Source: Glaucostegus cemiculus (lineage: Eukaryota). Taken from it: 64,000 nt of DNA. Of this stretch, positions 1 to 13,000 are shown in pieces. A model generated the notes under the pieces. The model did not search any database. It saw only the letters and a list, made by a program, of their open reading frames with translations, and was not told the origin of the DNA. The DNA is taken from positions 9,362,001 to 9,426,000 of the forward strand of contig CDPCPM010000092.1 in the NCBI GenBank assembly GCA_976551045.1. The letters are read 5' to 3'. The position numbers were made by a program, and so were the translations under genes. Numbering within the stretch: the stretch's first letter is position 1; every line of letters begins with the position of its first letter.

Positions 1-758
1 CATATACAGTAAACAGTAGGGACTTTAGAAGTGCTGATGTACAGATGGACTTTGCGGTACATGTTCATAGCTCCCTGAAAATGGAAACACAGGTGAATAG
101 AGCAGTAATAAAGCCATTTAGCTTGCCTGTCTTCTTAGGGAGGGTTATTAAGTATAAGACTGGGGGCATCGTGTTGCAGCTGTACAAGACATTGGTTAGG
201 CCATACCTAGAATATGGTGTGCAATTTTGGTCAGCACACTATAGAAAGGATGTGGTACCGCAGAAAGCATAGAAACAGTTCAGAAGAGATTCACCGCATG
301 TTGTCTGGAATGGAGGCCTTTAGTTACAAGGAGAGATCGGATAAGCTAGGATCGTTTTCACTGGAGCATAGGAGGCTGAGGGGTGACCTTGTAGAAATCT
401 ATAAAATTATGAGGGGCATGGATAGGGTAGATAGTCACAGCCTTTGTCTAAGGATAGGAGAGTCTAAAACTAGAGGACCCAGGTTTAAGGTGAGAGGTGA
501 AATACTTAAAGGAGATCCAAGGCGCAAGTTTTTCACACAGTGTAGTGTGTATAATGGGACAAGCTGCCAGAGAGGGTGGTAGCGGCAGGTACAGTCACAA
601 CATTTAAAAAGCATTTGGACAGGTACATGGAAAGGAAAGGAATAGAGGGATATGGGCCAAATCTAGGCAAATGGGATTAACGCAGAGATACATCTCAGTC
701 AGCATGGATAAGTCAGGCCAAAGGACCTGCCTCTGTGCTGCACAACTCTATGACTCTA
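1..758 (+). mobile_element. CR1 LINE 3' fragment (ORF2 C-terminus and 3' tail), disrupted
   Basis: LYKTLVRPYLEYGVQFW and FSLEHRRLRGDLVEIYKIM motifs. Tail ...ctgtgctgcacaactctatgactcta. Confidence 0.9.
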
Positions 759-884
759 ATTTATTAAAAAATGATCGGAATAAATAATAAAGTACTTGAA
801 ATAATCGGTAGGTCAGGTGGCATTTGTGGAAAAAAATAACAATTAAAATTTTAAGTTCATGACTTTTCATCAACTGTAAGATCC

Positions 885-1300
885 TGTTGAGACCACTCCT
901 GGAGTATCATGCAGAGTTTGATTTCCTTACTTCGTGTAGAATATATTTTTGATGGTGCAACAAAGTTTCACTAGATTCCTGTGATAGGATGGTCACCCAA
1001 TGACAAGAGAGTGAGTATCTCAGTGTAGATTCCCTGGATCTCAGAAGATCATTAATACAGTGGATAATGGGAGGTGCACTGTGGAGTTCAAGAAAGGTAT
1101 CATAGATTCTCTCAGATGAGGAAAACGAATCTTTACACAAGTGGGCTCGAATTCTTTGTAATTTTCTTTCTCAGAGCACTAAGTAGCTGAGATCAATACA
1201 TTTTTTGATTCCATGGGAGTCGAGGAATATAGGGATGGTGCAAGAAGATGGACTGAATATTGGCAATGATTGAGTGGTAGAGCAGACACGAAGGTATTAT
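885..1300 (+). mobile_element. Old CR1 3' fragment
   Basis: gttgagaccactcctggagtatcatgcagag (RPLLEY) and a decayed CR1 3' UTR. Confidence 0.6.
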
Positions 1301-1924
1301 GGAATTTTAAATAGTTGCACAAGTATTTCCCACTAAATAAGAATCCATTAGGTCTCTTGTAGTTTTATATTTTCAGAACCTGTTCTATGCCAATAAAGAT
1401 TTGACTCACCAAACTTGGAATAATATATGTAGATTATATTGATTGTCACGTTTGCTGCAACATTCTTTGAAAGGGATATTATCCTTTATGACCACCTTTG
1501 TGTAGCAGTTTTATTTTGGTTGCAGAGAAATGTAATTAGTTTGTAAAAGTCTTGCAACACTGTTTTTAATATCAGAACATGGCATCATTTTTGGTTATGG
1601 TTTCAGATTCTCCAGTATTGTTAATTCATCATTTCATGATATATTTCAGATGTCACACAGTACCATGTGAATCTGATTTTTAAAAAAATGCAGTCCAAAT
1701 TACAGATGCCAGTGAACTGCATTTTATCTCTGAAACATTCGATGATTCAAAATCAACATTCTCCAACTTGGTTTTCCACAAAATCCTATAATATTTACAA
1801 AAGAATTTTAATTCAAGCTAAATACCAGATTTATTGTGCATATAATTATTTTTAGATAAAATAAGGTGCAAGGGATCGATCATATGTCAACACTGTCGTT
1901 TATTTGTACAGCAACATTGCTTTA

Positions 1925-2330
1925 GTGAAAAATCCCAAGCATCCAAAGATCTCTGAGGATTGTATAGTTTGCGAAAGAGAGGGATGAAACTATAAATGGA
2001 TTTGAAAATATGAATGAGAATTTTAAAATCTAACCATTGCTTAACTAGAAGCTGGTTTAGCTCAGCAAGCAAGGTGAGGGGTGACTAGGGCTTTGCACAA
2101 TTTAAGACAATGCTTAGCAAAGTTTTGGATAACTTTTATTTGAACAAGGTCAATCAGTCAGGATTGCATTAGAACGATTAAATGTAGAGGTTATATAGAA
2201 ATGCTCAAGTATAGAAATGCTTGAGGATTTCAGCAACATATGTGTTAGTGCAGGAAAGAATTCAGAGTTTATGATAGTTGGGGAAAGAATTGCAGAATTT
2301 CAGTCCTCGACAATACAGCCTCCCATGGTA
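1925..2330 (-). mobile_element. L2-clade LINE remnant
   Basis: Minus-strand peptide LAELNQLLVKQWLDFKILIHIFKSI resembles the L2 C-terminal motif LHWLPV..RIDFKIL.L.FK. Confidence 0.6.
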
Positions 2331-2344
2331 AAATAGTTAAATTT

Positions 2345-2690
2345 TCTTTTAACTTATTCATTGTTAGGAGGTGGATGTAATGAACAATGCTGGCGTTTAT
2401 TTTCTATCCCTAATTTCTCCTGAACTGAGGAGGAGATTAGGAATCAATCACGTTGGAAGTTCGGGAATCTCATATAAACTGGAACTGGTAAATATGGTAG
2501 ATTTCCTTCCCTAAAAATGATTTGATTTTAATGGTAGTTTAATCATTATTGTAACTGAGACTAAATGTTAGGTTTATTTAATTGAATTTCAATTCCTCAG
2601 GTACTATGGTATGATTAGAACTGTTGTTTCTGGATCAATGGTCCGGCACTCTGGTTGCTAGCCCAGAACTTTATGGTACCATGTAATGTG
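2345..2690 (-). mobile_element. tRNA-derived SINE whose 3' tail matches the second CR1/L2-group LINE (related copies 10030-10330 minus, 22810-23030 plus)
   Basis: The three copies share an internal block (ttcactaat...ggaaggaaatct...). The tail resembles 63480-63540. Confidence 0.55.
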
Positions 2691-2708
2691 CAAGAAATTG
2701 GACCTGAA

Positions 2709-2800
2709 GGATAGGATATCTTTATTAGTCACATGTGCATCAAAACACACAGTGAAATGCATCTTTTGCCAAGAGTATTCTGGGGTCAGCCCACAAAGCG
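2709..2800 (-). mobile_element. 5'-truncated tail of the SINE seen at 17946-18242
   Basis: gatatctttattagtcacatgtgcatcaaaacacacagtgaaatgcatcttttg is nearly identical to 17950-18005. Confidence 0.8.
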
Positions 2801-4569
2801 CAAATTGGTTAGTTATTCAAAATTTCATCCTAGGGCAATATCTGGCGGATCTGAAGCACAAGTACTTCTTTTTCTACAAATACCCCTCAATCACGTGTTC
2901 TGTAAGTTAATTCTTCCTCACGGCAGTTTTCATTCTATTTTATGGTAAGTGGAGATATTAGCTTAGTCATTCAGAGAAGTGTGCATAAATGAACATCAAA
3001 ATTTTAGTTCTATTTGCATTACAACATTTCTAAAATTATTTGGTTATTTTTAGCTTTTAAAAATTGTTTGTAAAGGGACAAACTCTTTGCACCAGAGCCA
3101 CTTAGTGCTGCTGCTGCATAGCTCCAATGACCCAAATTCGATCCTGACCTCAGATGCTATCTGTATAGAGTATAAATGTTCTTCATGAGACCAAATCTTT
3201 GGGTTCCCTCCCAAATCCTGTATGATGGGGAAGTTAGCCACTGCATGTTATACAGGAGTCATTCTTAAAAATACATTCATATTACTGCATCTAGATGACC
3301 AATCTTTGGTGATCTGTAATTGAGCTTCTTATATAGTCTGTTCTCTTTGCTAGGCTAGAAAATTTTAATAGTGAAGCAATCATTAATGTCTCGTGCCTTT
3401 AATGTGTGCATTGTATAAAAGCTTGAACCAAATATTTAAAAAATTAATGCAGTGATTTCTAGTTGCATTCTAGATAAGCAAATACATCTTACTCTTCTTC
3501 ATCTTTACAATAATTAAATTATCCCAAGGCAAATCTATAATGTAAAACATTGAATATGATATTAAACAGAATTAAAATCAATTTCCATTATACTCTGCTG
3601 TACTTCTTGGGTATCTGCAATTACGTGAAGTGTCCCCTTGAGTCTTATAATGGCTCCACTGCAAACATAGGGAGATAGAAATTCAAGCAAGCTGTGCTGT
3701 GGATCACTGCCATGGAGCTATTTGATCCCCTGAATGCATTTTGTAGTCTAGAAATTGTGCAATACCAGCCTGTAATTTAATTTTCTGGAGTCAGATAAGT
3801 CTGGAGCCATCCTAAAGGAAATATGAAACTGTTTTGCAACAAAATCACATGGGGGCAGGAACTGTATTTGACTGCCTCAGAAATGGATTAAGGGTAGAGA
3901 AAGAGACCAAAATTCTGTGCAGGCTCATCTGATGCAACTCTTCAACTTTGGCAAGCAAACAAATGAACCCTGTGATAGATATTGTCGTTCTGATCATGCT
4001 GGATCATTGTTTTGAGGCATTTCCACTTTGCTCCTTTAAAACTTTGGCTGAAGTTGGTTATTTGGTCTCTTGTGTCTTTGAAAGAGTTATCCAATTATTC
4101 CCACTCTCTTACATTTTTTCTGATTGATTTATAATACTTTTTCAGGTTCCAGATGAGATGAGGCCAGTTATTTAACCAGGGAAAAGGGATGCTGAGATAC
4201 TGCAAAGCAGAAGTGCCAGATGCAGGATGCAGTAATGTTGGAGCAGGGAGGGGGTATGTGGAATAGAATTAGTGGGATTGAAGGTGGGGAAAGGTTACTG
4301 GCTGGAGAAGTGTGAACGTGTACATTTAGAGACTGACGAAGATGCATTAAAAAGAGAGGCATGGAGTAGAAGAGACCTTGACAGAGAGGAAAGGAAATCA
4401 GATGTAGGTGGAGTGCATGTCAGTGGGCAGATGGAGTGGAAGCCCTTCCTTTCTCCCCACTTTTGCTTCTCTATCCTGTACTGTTGCCAGCTGCAACCTC
4501 CCTCTGCAGTGATGGAGTGAGCAGAGGAAAGGCCTTTTGAGTGTGTTAAAAGTGTTAGAATATTGTGAC

Positions 4570-4686
4570 CTGTGCATGTGAAGGCTATGGACCAAATGCA
4601 GGTTAAGTGGGACTAGCATAGGTCAGTACGAAGGTCAGCATGGACATAGTGGGCCAAAGGGCTTGTTTCTGTGCTGTACAACACTT
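4570..4686 (+). mobile_element. CR1 3' tail fragment
   Basis: ggctatggaccaaatgcagg...gggccaaagggcttgtttctgtgctgtac, the same tail as 650-758. Confidence 0.75.
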
Positions 4687-5329
4687 TGGCACTGTGGACC
4701 TTGTATGTAAAAGAATTTTATAGTAATGGGCCTTCAGTGAAAAACAAGGAGTAGACTGCTGTGAACTCTACAGCTAACACTCTAGTTTCTGGAGAATTCC
4801 TGCACTAAAGTTTGTTCTCTGGTCATCAGGATGTGACAGTGTCCTTGGGTAACTGTACTGTAAATGCAGCTTTTTTCCAATATCCCACTGAACCCTGGAA
4901 CAAGCTCAAGGGGAATAAAAACCATCTCCTGTTCCTATATAAATGGCAGGAAAATTGAAAGTGGATTCAGAGGAAGGCTACAAAGACACAAGGACATCAG
5001 AAAGACAGCAAGAGAAAGAGCATTAGTAATTTTGGTGGCCAGCCTTGGAGTGGGCTGTGATACAACAGGGGGTAAAGGTAAATCCCAATACAGCTGTGAA
5101 AGAAGTAGAGGAAAGCACAGTGAAAGGAAATAGGAAAATCTGAACTAAATATTGAAAGATAATTTTTGATTTAGCGGGACAGGTATAATTTAAAATGTGC
5201 TGAATTATTTGGGAACTTCTAGCAAAACGTTGATGGCAGAAAATAGGAGGAAAAGCTTAGTAACACTGCTCCACAGCAAAGGCCAGTGGCCAGAATATGG
5301 AACTGCCAGCTGAGTCAAAATACCTTCAG

Positions 5330-6030
5330 AACCAAAACAAAAATAGAAAATAGTGGAAATGCTCCATGGGTCAACCAACGTCATTGGAGAGGGAAACAGT
5401 TAAGGTTTTGTATCCGGGATACTTCAACAGAACTGTGAAAGAGACAAAATCAGTTAGTCTTAGGTAGCAGAGAAAGTGGGTGTGTTGGAGGATGGAGTGT
5501 AGAACAAAGGCAATACCTCTGATAGGGTGAAACAATGTAATCTAATGTTGCAGTCAAAACCAGATTAAGCTTCTTTGTTCTTCAATAATGTGAGGTGGTT
5601 GGACATGTCCAGCAGACCAAATAGTACTAACTGGCTGGTGGGAAGAGAAGAGGTGAAATGACACGTATCACATCTTTTGTGGTTGCTTGGGAAAGTGGCA
5701 TGTGATAGGAAGTGGCAGGCAAGGACAGAAGAGCAGAGCAGGGAATTGCAAAGGGAGTGAATCCATTGAAATGCTGAAAGAGGAAGGGATGGGAATGTGC
5801 ACCTGGTGGCAGAATCTTCTTGAAGCTGGCAGAAATTGCAAAGGATGAACTGTTGAATGAAGAGGAAGATGGGTTGGAAGGTGAGGACCAGGGGAAATTA
5901 TGTTTTTTGCTCTGTCCAGGAGGAGAAATAAGAGCAGAGGTGCTGGAAATGGATGAGATATAGACAATGGCTCTGCCCATTATGGTAGAAGTGAAGTCAC
6001 TGTTCAGAAATAAGAAAGAATACATAAGTT
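5330..6030 (-). mobile_element. Penelope-like element remnant (RT-to-GIY-YIG linker plus terminal repeat)
   Basis: Minus strand reads PLVLTFQP...ILCNFCQLQEDSAT...FPSLPLSAF, homologous to 41150-41350. A terminal-repeat-like segment lies at 5330-5440. Confidence 0.7.
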
Positions 6031-6985
6031 GCAGACATAAGGGACCCACCCAACAATATTACCTAAAACCTTACTCACAACAAGGTGGGAATATTCAATT
6101 ACAGCATGCTCTGTAGGATTTGGCAGGTGTGCTAGATTAATTAGACAGATTGGGAAGTCAGACATGTTGTTGAGGAATCTATCAATGATTTAACAGACAG
6201 TGGAGAAAGAAGCTTCCAATAAAAAAAGAATTGGGAGCAGGAAATTGAGAAATTGTAGTTAAGATAACATAGTACAAGGAAATGGGCCAGTAAAGTTATA
6301 TGGAAAAGGTAAAACAGTCTGTGAGGGAAAAATATAGAAAGTGGTGAAACCAGGAAAAAAATAAGTGTAAAGGATTGCCATTGTAAATTAGAAATAGAAC
6401 AAAGCCACAGAGGAGGGTAGAAATAGGATAGAATGTTCCAGAATATTAAATACTATATAACTGGGAGAGGGAAGTATAAGACCTTGGATGGGATGTCCTT
6501 TTGGACAGAGTCTCACAACAGAGTGGAGGTTGACGGCAGTTGTCTGGTGGTTATTTCAAGTGGTGCGTCAGGGTCAGACAGCAGAAGCAGCAGCCAACAG
6601 TTGGCCGCTGGGAAAGTCCTAAAGTGGTGGTGGGGGGGGGGGTGTGGGGGGGGAGCAGGCAGTGGAGCCAGAGGCTTTTAATTTCAAAGAATACAAAAAC
6701 CATAACAACAGGCAATGTGCAATAACAGTATAACTTTAAAAAAAAACAGAGAAAAGCCGCAAGCTATTTCTCAAAAACATACAGAGACAAACAATGAGTT
6801 TTAAGGAGAGCAAAATTACTAGTGGGGGATGGGGGATATTAAAGACTATCAGCATGAAGAGCCTAGGCAGCTGAAGACAGAGCCAGAAAGCACATAGAAG
6901 ACATTGCACAATTGGCCAGTGTCAAGGAAAGGACAGTTTGATAGCTGCATGTAAATTGTTTGTGAACCAGTGTTGGTGCTAGTGA

Positions 6986-7237
6986 ATTTTATTTTAAATT
7001 TATATAGCACAATAACAGGCCCTTTCAGCCCAACGAGCCTGCGCCACCCAATTTCACCCATGTTAACCTACTAACCAGTATGTCTTTGGAATGTGGGAGG
7101 AAACTGGAGCACCCGGAGGAAACCCACACAGTCATGGGGAGAACGTACAAACTCCTTACAGACAGCAGCCAGAATTGAACCCCGATCGCTGGCACTGTAA
7201 TAGCATTATGCTAACCACTACGCTACCATGCTGCCCC
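6986..7237 (-). mobile_element. Full-length tRNA-derived V-SINE (HE1-like) with CR1-type tail
   Basis: Minus strand has A box TAGCGTAGTGG, B box GGTTCAATTC, V-domain GGGTTTCCTCCGGGTGCTCCAGTTTCCTCCCAC and tail gggctgaaagggcctgttattgtgctata. Confidence 0.88.
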
Positions 7238-8039
7238 TATGATTAACTATGATAATCTCCAGGAGACGTCAGGCACTTCAGAACTACAGTATCTTTTGCA
7301 AATTAACAACCTTCACCTGTGCTTTTTTCACATCTGATGATGCCATTATGTTAAATAATCATCACATATTTACATAGTGAAATACCAATATACCACTCTG
7401 TTCTGTTTCTGAGAAAAAAATGTGTGAAATATTTTTCATGTATATACAGCCGTTACAGGTTCAGCCTGTTAACTGGCTTTCTCAGATGTTTAGACCCTCT
7501 CAGTTGTGATTGGGTGTCTAGTGTGGCATTTACTTCTTAATCTGAAGAATATGCAACATTTTGACTCAACTCATTGTTGACGTGACTTCTCTTCAATAGC
7601 TGGTTCTATACCCACTTCTGGAATAAATTTGTCAGCACACGTTTCTTCAACATGTTAAGATTTGTCTCCCTCTGGCATCTCCTCCAATTTGTACCAAATA
7701 CTATTTCAGAACAATGCAGCTGTCTGCATTTTCTGAAGGAAGCCTTATAGATTTGTACTTCCCCGCTATTAGCGCACTTCTGTGTGCCACACTCACTCAT
7801 TAGTCTTAATACTCTCACTTTTTCATTTTGTCTGTATCCTTCTCTTTGCCACTTGGAAGCTATTGAGATGTGAACCATGATTTTGCTTTTATTTCAACTG
7901 CCGCCTGTCCATTCTGTTTTCCAGGCTAGGCTTTACCAAACTTGAGCATGTTTAAAGTCTATGACACGTGATCTGCTTTGCTGGAGTAGATTATAATTTT
8001 CTGAAATGATAGATGGTATGGAGGCATTATTGAGGATTC

Positions 8040-8430
8040 CTCTTACTGAAGTTCATGACTTTACACTTTCCAACATTAAATTCCATTTGCAAAGTCCTTG
8101 CCCACTCACCCAACTGACCTATATCCAAGTGCAGAGTCAAAATATCCTCATAACAGCATCCCTCCCATGGATTTTTTTGTCATCAGCAAATTTGCCCCTG
8201 ATATTCAAACAAGAAGCCAACTAACTGACAACTGACTGCCCCCTTCTCCAGACTATTAATATAAATTGCACATAATTAAGGGCCAAGAATTGAAACTTGA
8301 GGCACCCCATGAGTTACATTATTCCAGCCTGAAAAAGACCTATTTATTTCAACTTTCTTTTCTACACACTTCCCCGATACCATGAGCCCTTATCTCCCTT
8401 CTCTGTTGCACCTTATCAAATGCCTTCTGA
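8040..8430 (-). mobile_element. Old CR1 RT remnant
   Basis: Reverse complement contains decayed AFDKV, GVPQ and KFADD motifs (tgtcatcagcaaattt on the plus strand). Confidence 0.65.
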
Positions 8431-11400
8431 AAGTAAAATGAAGTGGTGGGAAAGCAGTTTTATTGGTTTGGGAGATTGCTTACATCATCTCACACAGAAA
8501 ACTTAACAACCAGCCAGAAGCCTTTCCCTCTGCAGCCAGTAACTGTATCCACAATCCTGGAACTGTCTCACCTGCTCACTGTTACTACCTGAACTTCATT
8601 CCAGGTGACTTCCTCACCTACAAGGTTAGTGATTGGGTTTTGTCTAGAAATATCTTTCAACACCACAATACAGTTGAAAACTCGTCCATTCTCTGCTTCA
8701 TTGTGCTGATCTTTAGCTCCCCACTATCTCAGATGGAGGTGGGCTGAGATAGTCTTCCAACATCTGTATAACTTATATGAAGGAAACAGCTTTGATTTTT
8801 CATGGGGCTATCAGATCAGTGAGTATGTGATACATATTAGGGCCAAGAACAAAAAAAGTCTTCTTACACTTTTTTACGGCAGTGTTTAACGCCTAGAAAT
8901 TCTCAACATGATTTCCTTTCCAAAGAAGTTCAAGAAGAACATTTCTGTTTTTTTTTTATTTAGGCTGTGAATACTTTGCATGTTCAATTGTCTAAACCCA
9001 GGTCACTCACGTAGACTATCTGAGCTTGAGCCATCATTTTATTCTCTTTCCTTTTTAATGAATTAATCTGTGTGTTCAGATCTTCTATAACCAGTGTTTC
9101 TCTGTCTACATTTTAGCCTATAGAACATTTTTTTTTGTTTACTTGCTGCTTCCTGTGCAGATTTAGTAATGTACCATGTGCCCAAGAGAAACTTCAACAC
9201 CTGGGCCATTTTTGTCCCCAGCCGAGGACTCCTGAAGTCCTGTGGTGAGTGCCACTGATTAGTGATGCTCAGAGTGTGCAGGGGAGAGTTTCTTCAAACC
9301 GACATTTATTCAGAGCAGATGCATGTCTGTTGCTGTTACTATCCTTATTGCCTGTTGTGGTGTGCTTGGAGGTAGTCTGTGAACAGAATCAAAGTGGGTT
9401 CTGTTATAAAAGCTGGAAGTAGTTTGGATTTTTGTTTTGGAGAAGATCTGGAGTTAGATCTTCAATTCAATGTTAGGATTCTAGTGTGTCTGGTTCTGCC
9501 AGGTTTTACCATTATGGGTGTTAATAGGCTAAGTGTGATTGAAGAATCATTTCACAGGAAGGAAAGTTGATGTATATTGGAGTGCATGCTATTCACAGGA
9601 CTTAATTTGAAGACATTGGCACTTAAAAGTGATGATTCATTTTGGAATGCAACCATTTATTTGAACAGATCTAAGAGCACTGAGCAGCCCTCAAATTTGT
9701 CAGAAAAGGCAGCATCTGCAGACCAACCTCACAACTTACTGAGAAAGTTCACACCCAGCACCCACCCACAGCACGGAACAAGGCTACAAGGGTATTTTGC
9801 AGTAGTGGGACAAATATGCTTGGAGCACACATTTAAGTGAAATATTATGTCATAAGTTTTACAATAGTGTTGTCAAGGGATCTCACAATAGGAAGGAGAA
9901 CAGAGCATTGATAGAGGGAGACTATCTCCAGTGACTGGGAAGTCCAGTAAGGGTGCATGGTCTAACAATTAGACTGAGACTGCTACATGTGGAGGATGGT
10001 AGAAATTTGGAATTCTGCATTGTCCATATTGATTCATTCATAGGATGTGGACACCACTGGCAAGGTCACCAGTTATTGCCCAGTTCATTTAAAAGGCAAT
10101 TATATTAACATGCTTCTGGTGTCTCATACTGGCCAGACTGGGTAACAATGGCAGATTGCCTTGCTTGAAATAGACATTAATGAACAAGGTGATTTTTTAC
10201 GATTATTCATGGTTCATGAGCACGATTGCCATGTCTGACACTATTTTTTATTGCAGTTTTGTTCATACTTAGATTTGCAGCAACCTTCATGGGATTTGTT
10301 CTCTGATCTCTGGATCACTACTACCATATCCAGTGCAGCAATTGATGGATGATTATTATTCATTTTAAATTATTACTTACTCTGAGAAACATAGGGAAAA
10401 CCTGAGGAGATGGCCGGGGTATATGAGTTTGGATCAGAGATCAACCATGATCTTGTTGAATGGCAAAACATACTCAAGGGTTAAATGGCCAATTCATGCC
10501 CCTAAAGAATATCATTAACTATTTGGGGCCCAAAAGAGGACCTAGAGCAAGTAATGCCAAGGTATTTCTAAGTTTACAGGGAAAGAGCAGATGGAAGAAG
10601 GAACATGCATTTGGATTCTTTTTTAGGTTCAGAAGATAGGCTTTTTAAAATTATTGAGTAGAACCACAAAATGGAAAATGTTCAGAGACAGAGCCAAGTT
10701 CAATGTCCTTTGAATGCATTGAGCTGCTGATAGGTCATCAGGTGGTCTGGGATTGAGATCTCAAAAATCACTGCCTGAGGTCTTGTAGGCTGGCCAAGAC
10801 AGTTCACTTGTACCCACGGGGCTGCTAAAAGTAAGTGCAGCTGCAGAAACAGTGGGTGGGGTAAGCACGAGGAGTGGGCCAGAGCAAAGCACGATCTGGT
10901 TCAAAGGGTTTATCGCAGCAAGGCCAGATGGCAGAGCTCAAGGAACTGTTGGTCTGGACATATTTAATATTTAACCCAGGATGCATTGAGAGGCTTGGCC
11001 AGGAAAATAAAGGTGGATCCATGCACAGGCAGAAGATATTTCAGTGCATGCTAAATAGCAGCATGTGAAGTTACAGTGCAGTTTTTGAGCACCAGCACTT
11101 ACAGAGGAGGGGCTTCAGAATGATGAAACACCACCTAATTTTATAGGAATGGCAGTGAAATGCAACCTAGCAAGGAGAGCAACCTGGTGTGCATAATCTA
11201 GCAGAGACAGGAGGAATGAAGATTTTAAATGAGACTTGAAAGTGGGAAACAAAAGTTGAAGTTACGCAGCATAACCAGATGGAGAGCTGAAAGAGAAGTG
11301 AGAAGAAAGCAAAGCAAAGTGAGCACACACTGGAAGAGGAACAGGGCCAGAGATGTGCATACTAATGTCTAAGCTGTGCTTGAAGAGTTGGTTTGCAGTT

Positions 11401-11811
11401 AGTTGACAGTAAGGCTGAGGATGCAGAGTTGTTTACTAATGAACAAGGTGGAATTCGGGAGGCCATAGCTCTGTGCAGTGACAGGAAGCCTGCATTTACT
11501 GTCTGACAGGAAAGTGTTGACAAAGGATATTGATATTATAAATGTTGATATTAAAAACATGACTCAAGCTATGACACAGAAATTAGATCAACTCCAGTAG
11601 GATTTTTCTGCCAGGAGTATGATTTACACTGGTAGACAAATGAATAATTATCTCAGAACAAGGAGTCTTTTAAGCAAAAAGTATGTACAGGACCCCAAAA
11701 CATTCTCTCTTCTTTTAATCAAAATATACCTAATCATAGTAAAAGCTATATAAAAAGTTGTTTGTCTTTTTTCATTTGGTTTATTTTATACAAACTTATG
11801 CTTATTAATAG

Positions 11812-12042
11812 GTGACAAAAGAGACTGTGGACGCTGGAATCTGGAGCAAAAAATAAGCTGCTGGAGGAACTCAGTGGGTCAGGCAGCATCTGTAGAGGGA
11901 AATGAAATGTTGACATTTCAGGTCAAGGTCCTCCATCTGGACTGGTCCAGATGAAAGGTCATGACCCAAAACATCTCCTGTCGATTTCCCTCTTCAGTTG
12001 CTGCCTGACCTGCTGAGTTCCTCCAGCAGCTTGTTTTGTGCT
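11812..12042. mobile_element. Palindromic non-autonomous Penelope-terminal-repeat element
   Basis: Arms gctgctggaggaactcag...catctggac and gtccagatg...ctgagttcctccagcagc are inverted around 11943-11944 and homologous to 42200-42310. Confidence 0.8.
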
Positions 12043-12159
12043 TGTTAACAGGTTGCGAAGCAGAATTTTACCATCCTGTGACCATCAAAGTGACCATTAT
12101 GGTTTTCCCCTCACCATTTGCAAATAATTTGTCAAATGCTTCTATCAGAATTGTGATCA

Positions 12160-13000
12160 TAGAATTCTTAGAATACTATGGCACCATTCATCCCACGCAG
12201 CCTGTGTTGGTTCTTTCAACCACCTTCTCCCCTTCCCCTCATTATTTTCCTTTCATTGCTGATTCCCTTCTGTTTCAAGTATTTAAATTTCCCTTTGAGA
12301 GGTACTGTTGAGTGCATTCAAATCCTAACTACTTGTTATATAACAATGTTTCCTGCACATTGCCTCTGCTTCATTTGCCATTGTTACTGATCCTTCATAT
12401 CAGCCATATCTAACTCCATAATGACTTTAAATACTTCTGTCAAATCTCCTTTTGACTCTTCTGAGGAGAACAGTCCCATTTTTTTGTTGGTCTGTGCTCA
12501 TAACTGTAACTCCTCCTTCATGGGATTGTTTTAGTAAATCTCCAAAGTTTTCTCGTCCTTCTTAAAATGTAATGCCTGGAATTGAATGTAATACCAGGGG
12601 CTAAACCAGTACTTTATATAGGGTGAGCACAACTTACTGGCTGTTATGGCACCTCTATATCTTCAAACCAACTACTCCCTCCCTCAATATCCATGTATCA
12701 ATTTTTTAATTATATCATTTGACACATATTTTCCCTCCTCATCTTCCGAACAAATGTATCTCTTCATGCATTGCTGCTTTGAATTTTACTTGCCACATTT
12801 CCACCTGTCTAAATTCTCTTGAAATCTTTTCTGTTCATTCCACATTTAAGTTTTGTATTATTTGGAAAATTTCCAAATTTTCTCCTGTGGCTTCTAAATC
12901 ATTAATGTGGACCAAAACACAACAGAGTCCCGATGAACCTTGGGAAACTCCAAGGTATTCCCTTCTACAATCTGCAAAACAGCCATTCTCAACAATTCTC
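12160..13000 (-). mobile_element. Old CR1 remnant
   Basis: Decayed CR1 3' UTR and RT on the minus strand (accttgggaaactcc corresponds to GVSQG). Confidence 0.55.

Noticed and set aside
6624-6653. G-rich tract with G-quadruplex potential
   Set aside because: Simple G-run with no supporting context, and homopolymer length is unreliable.
7170-7237. tRNA gene
   Set aside because: The A and B boxes belong to a SINE head that continues into a V-domain and LINE tail. No full cloverleaf.
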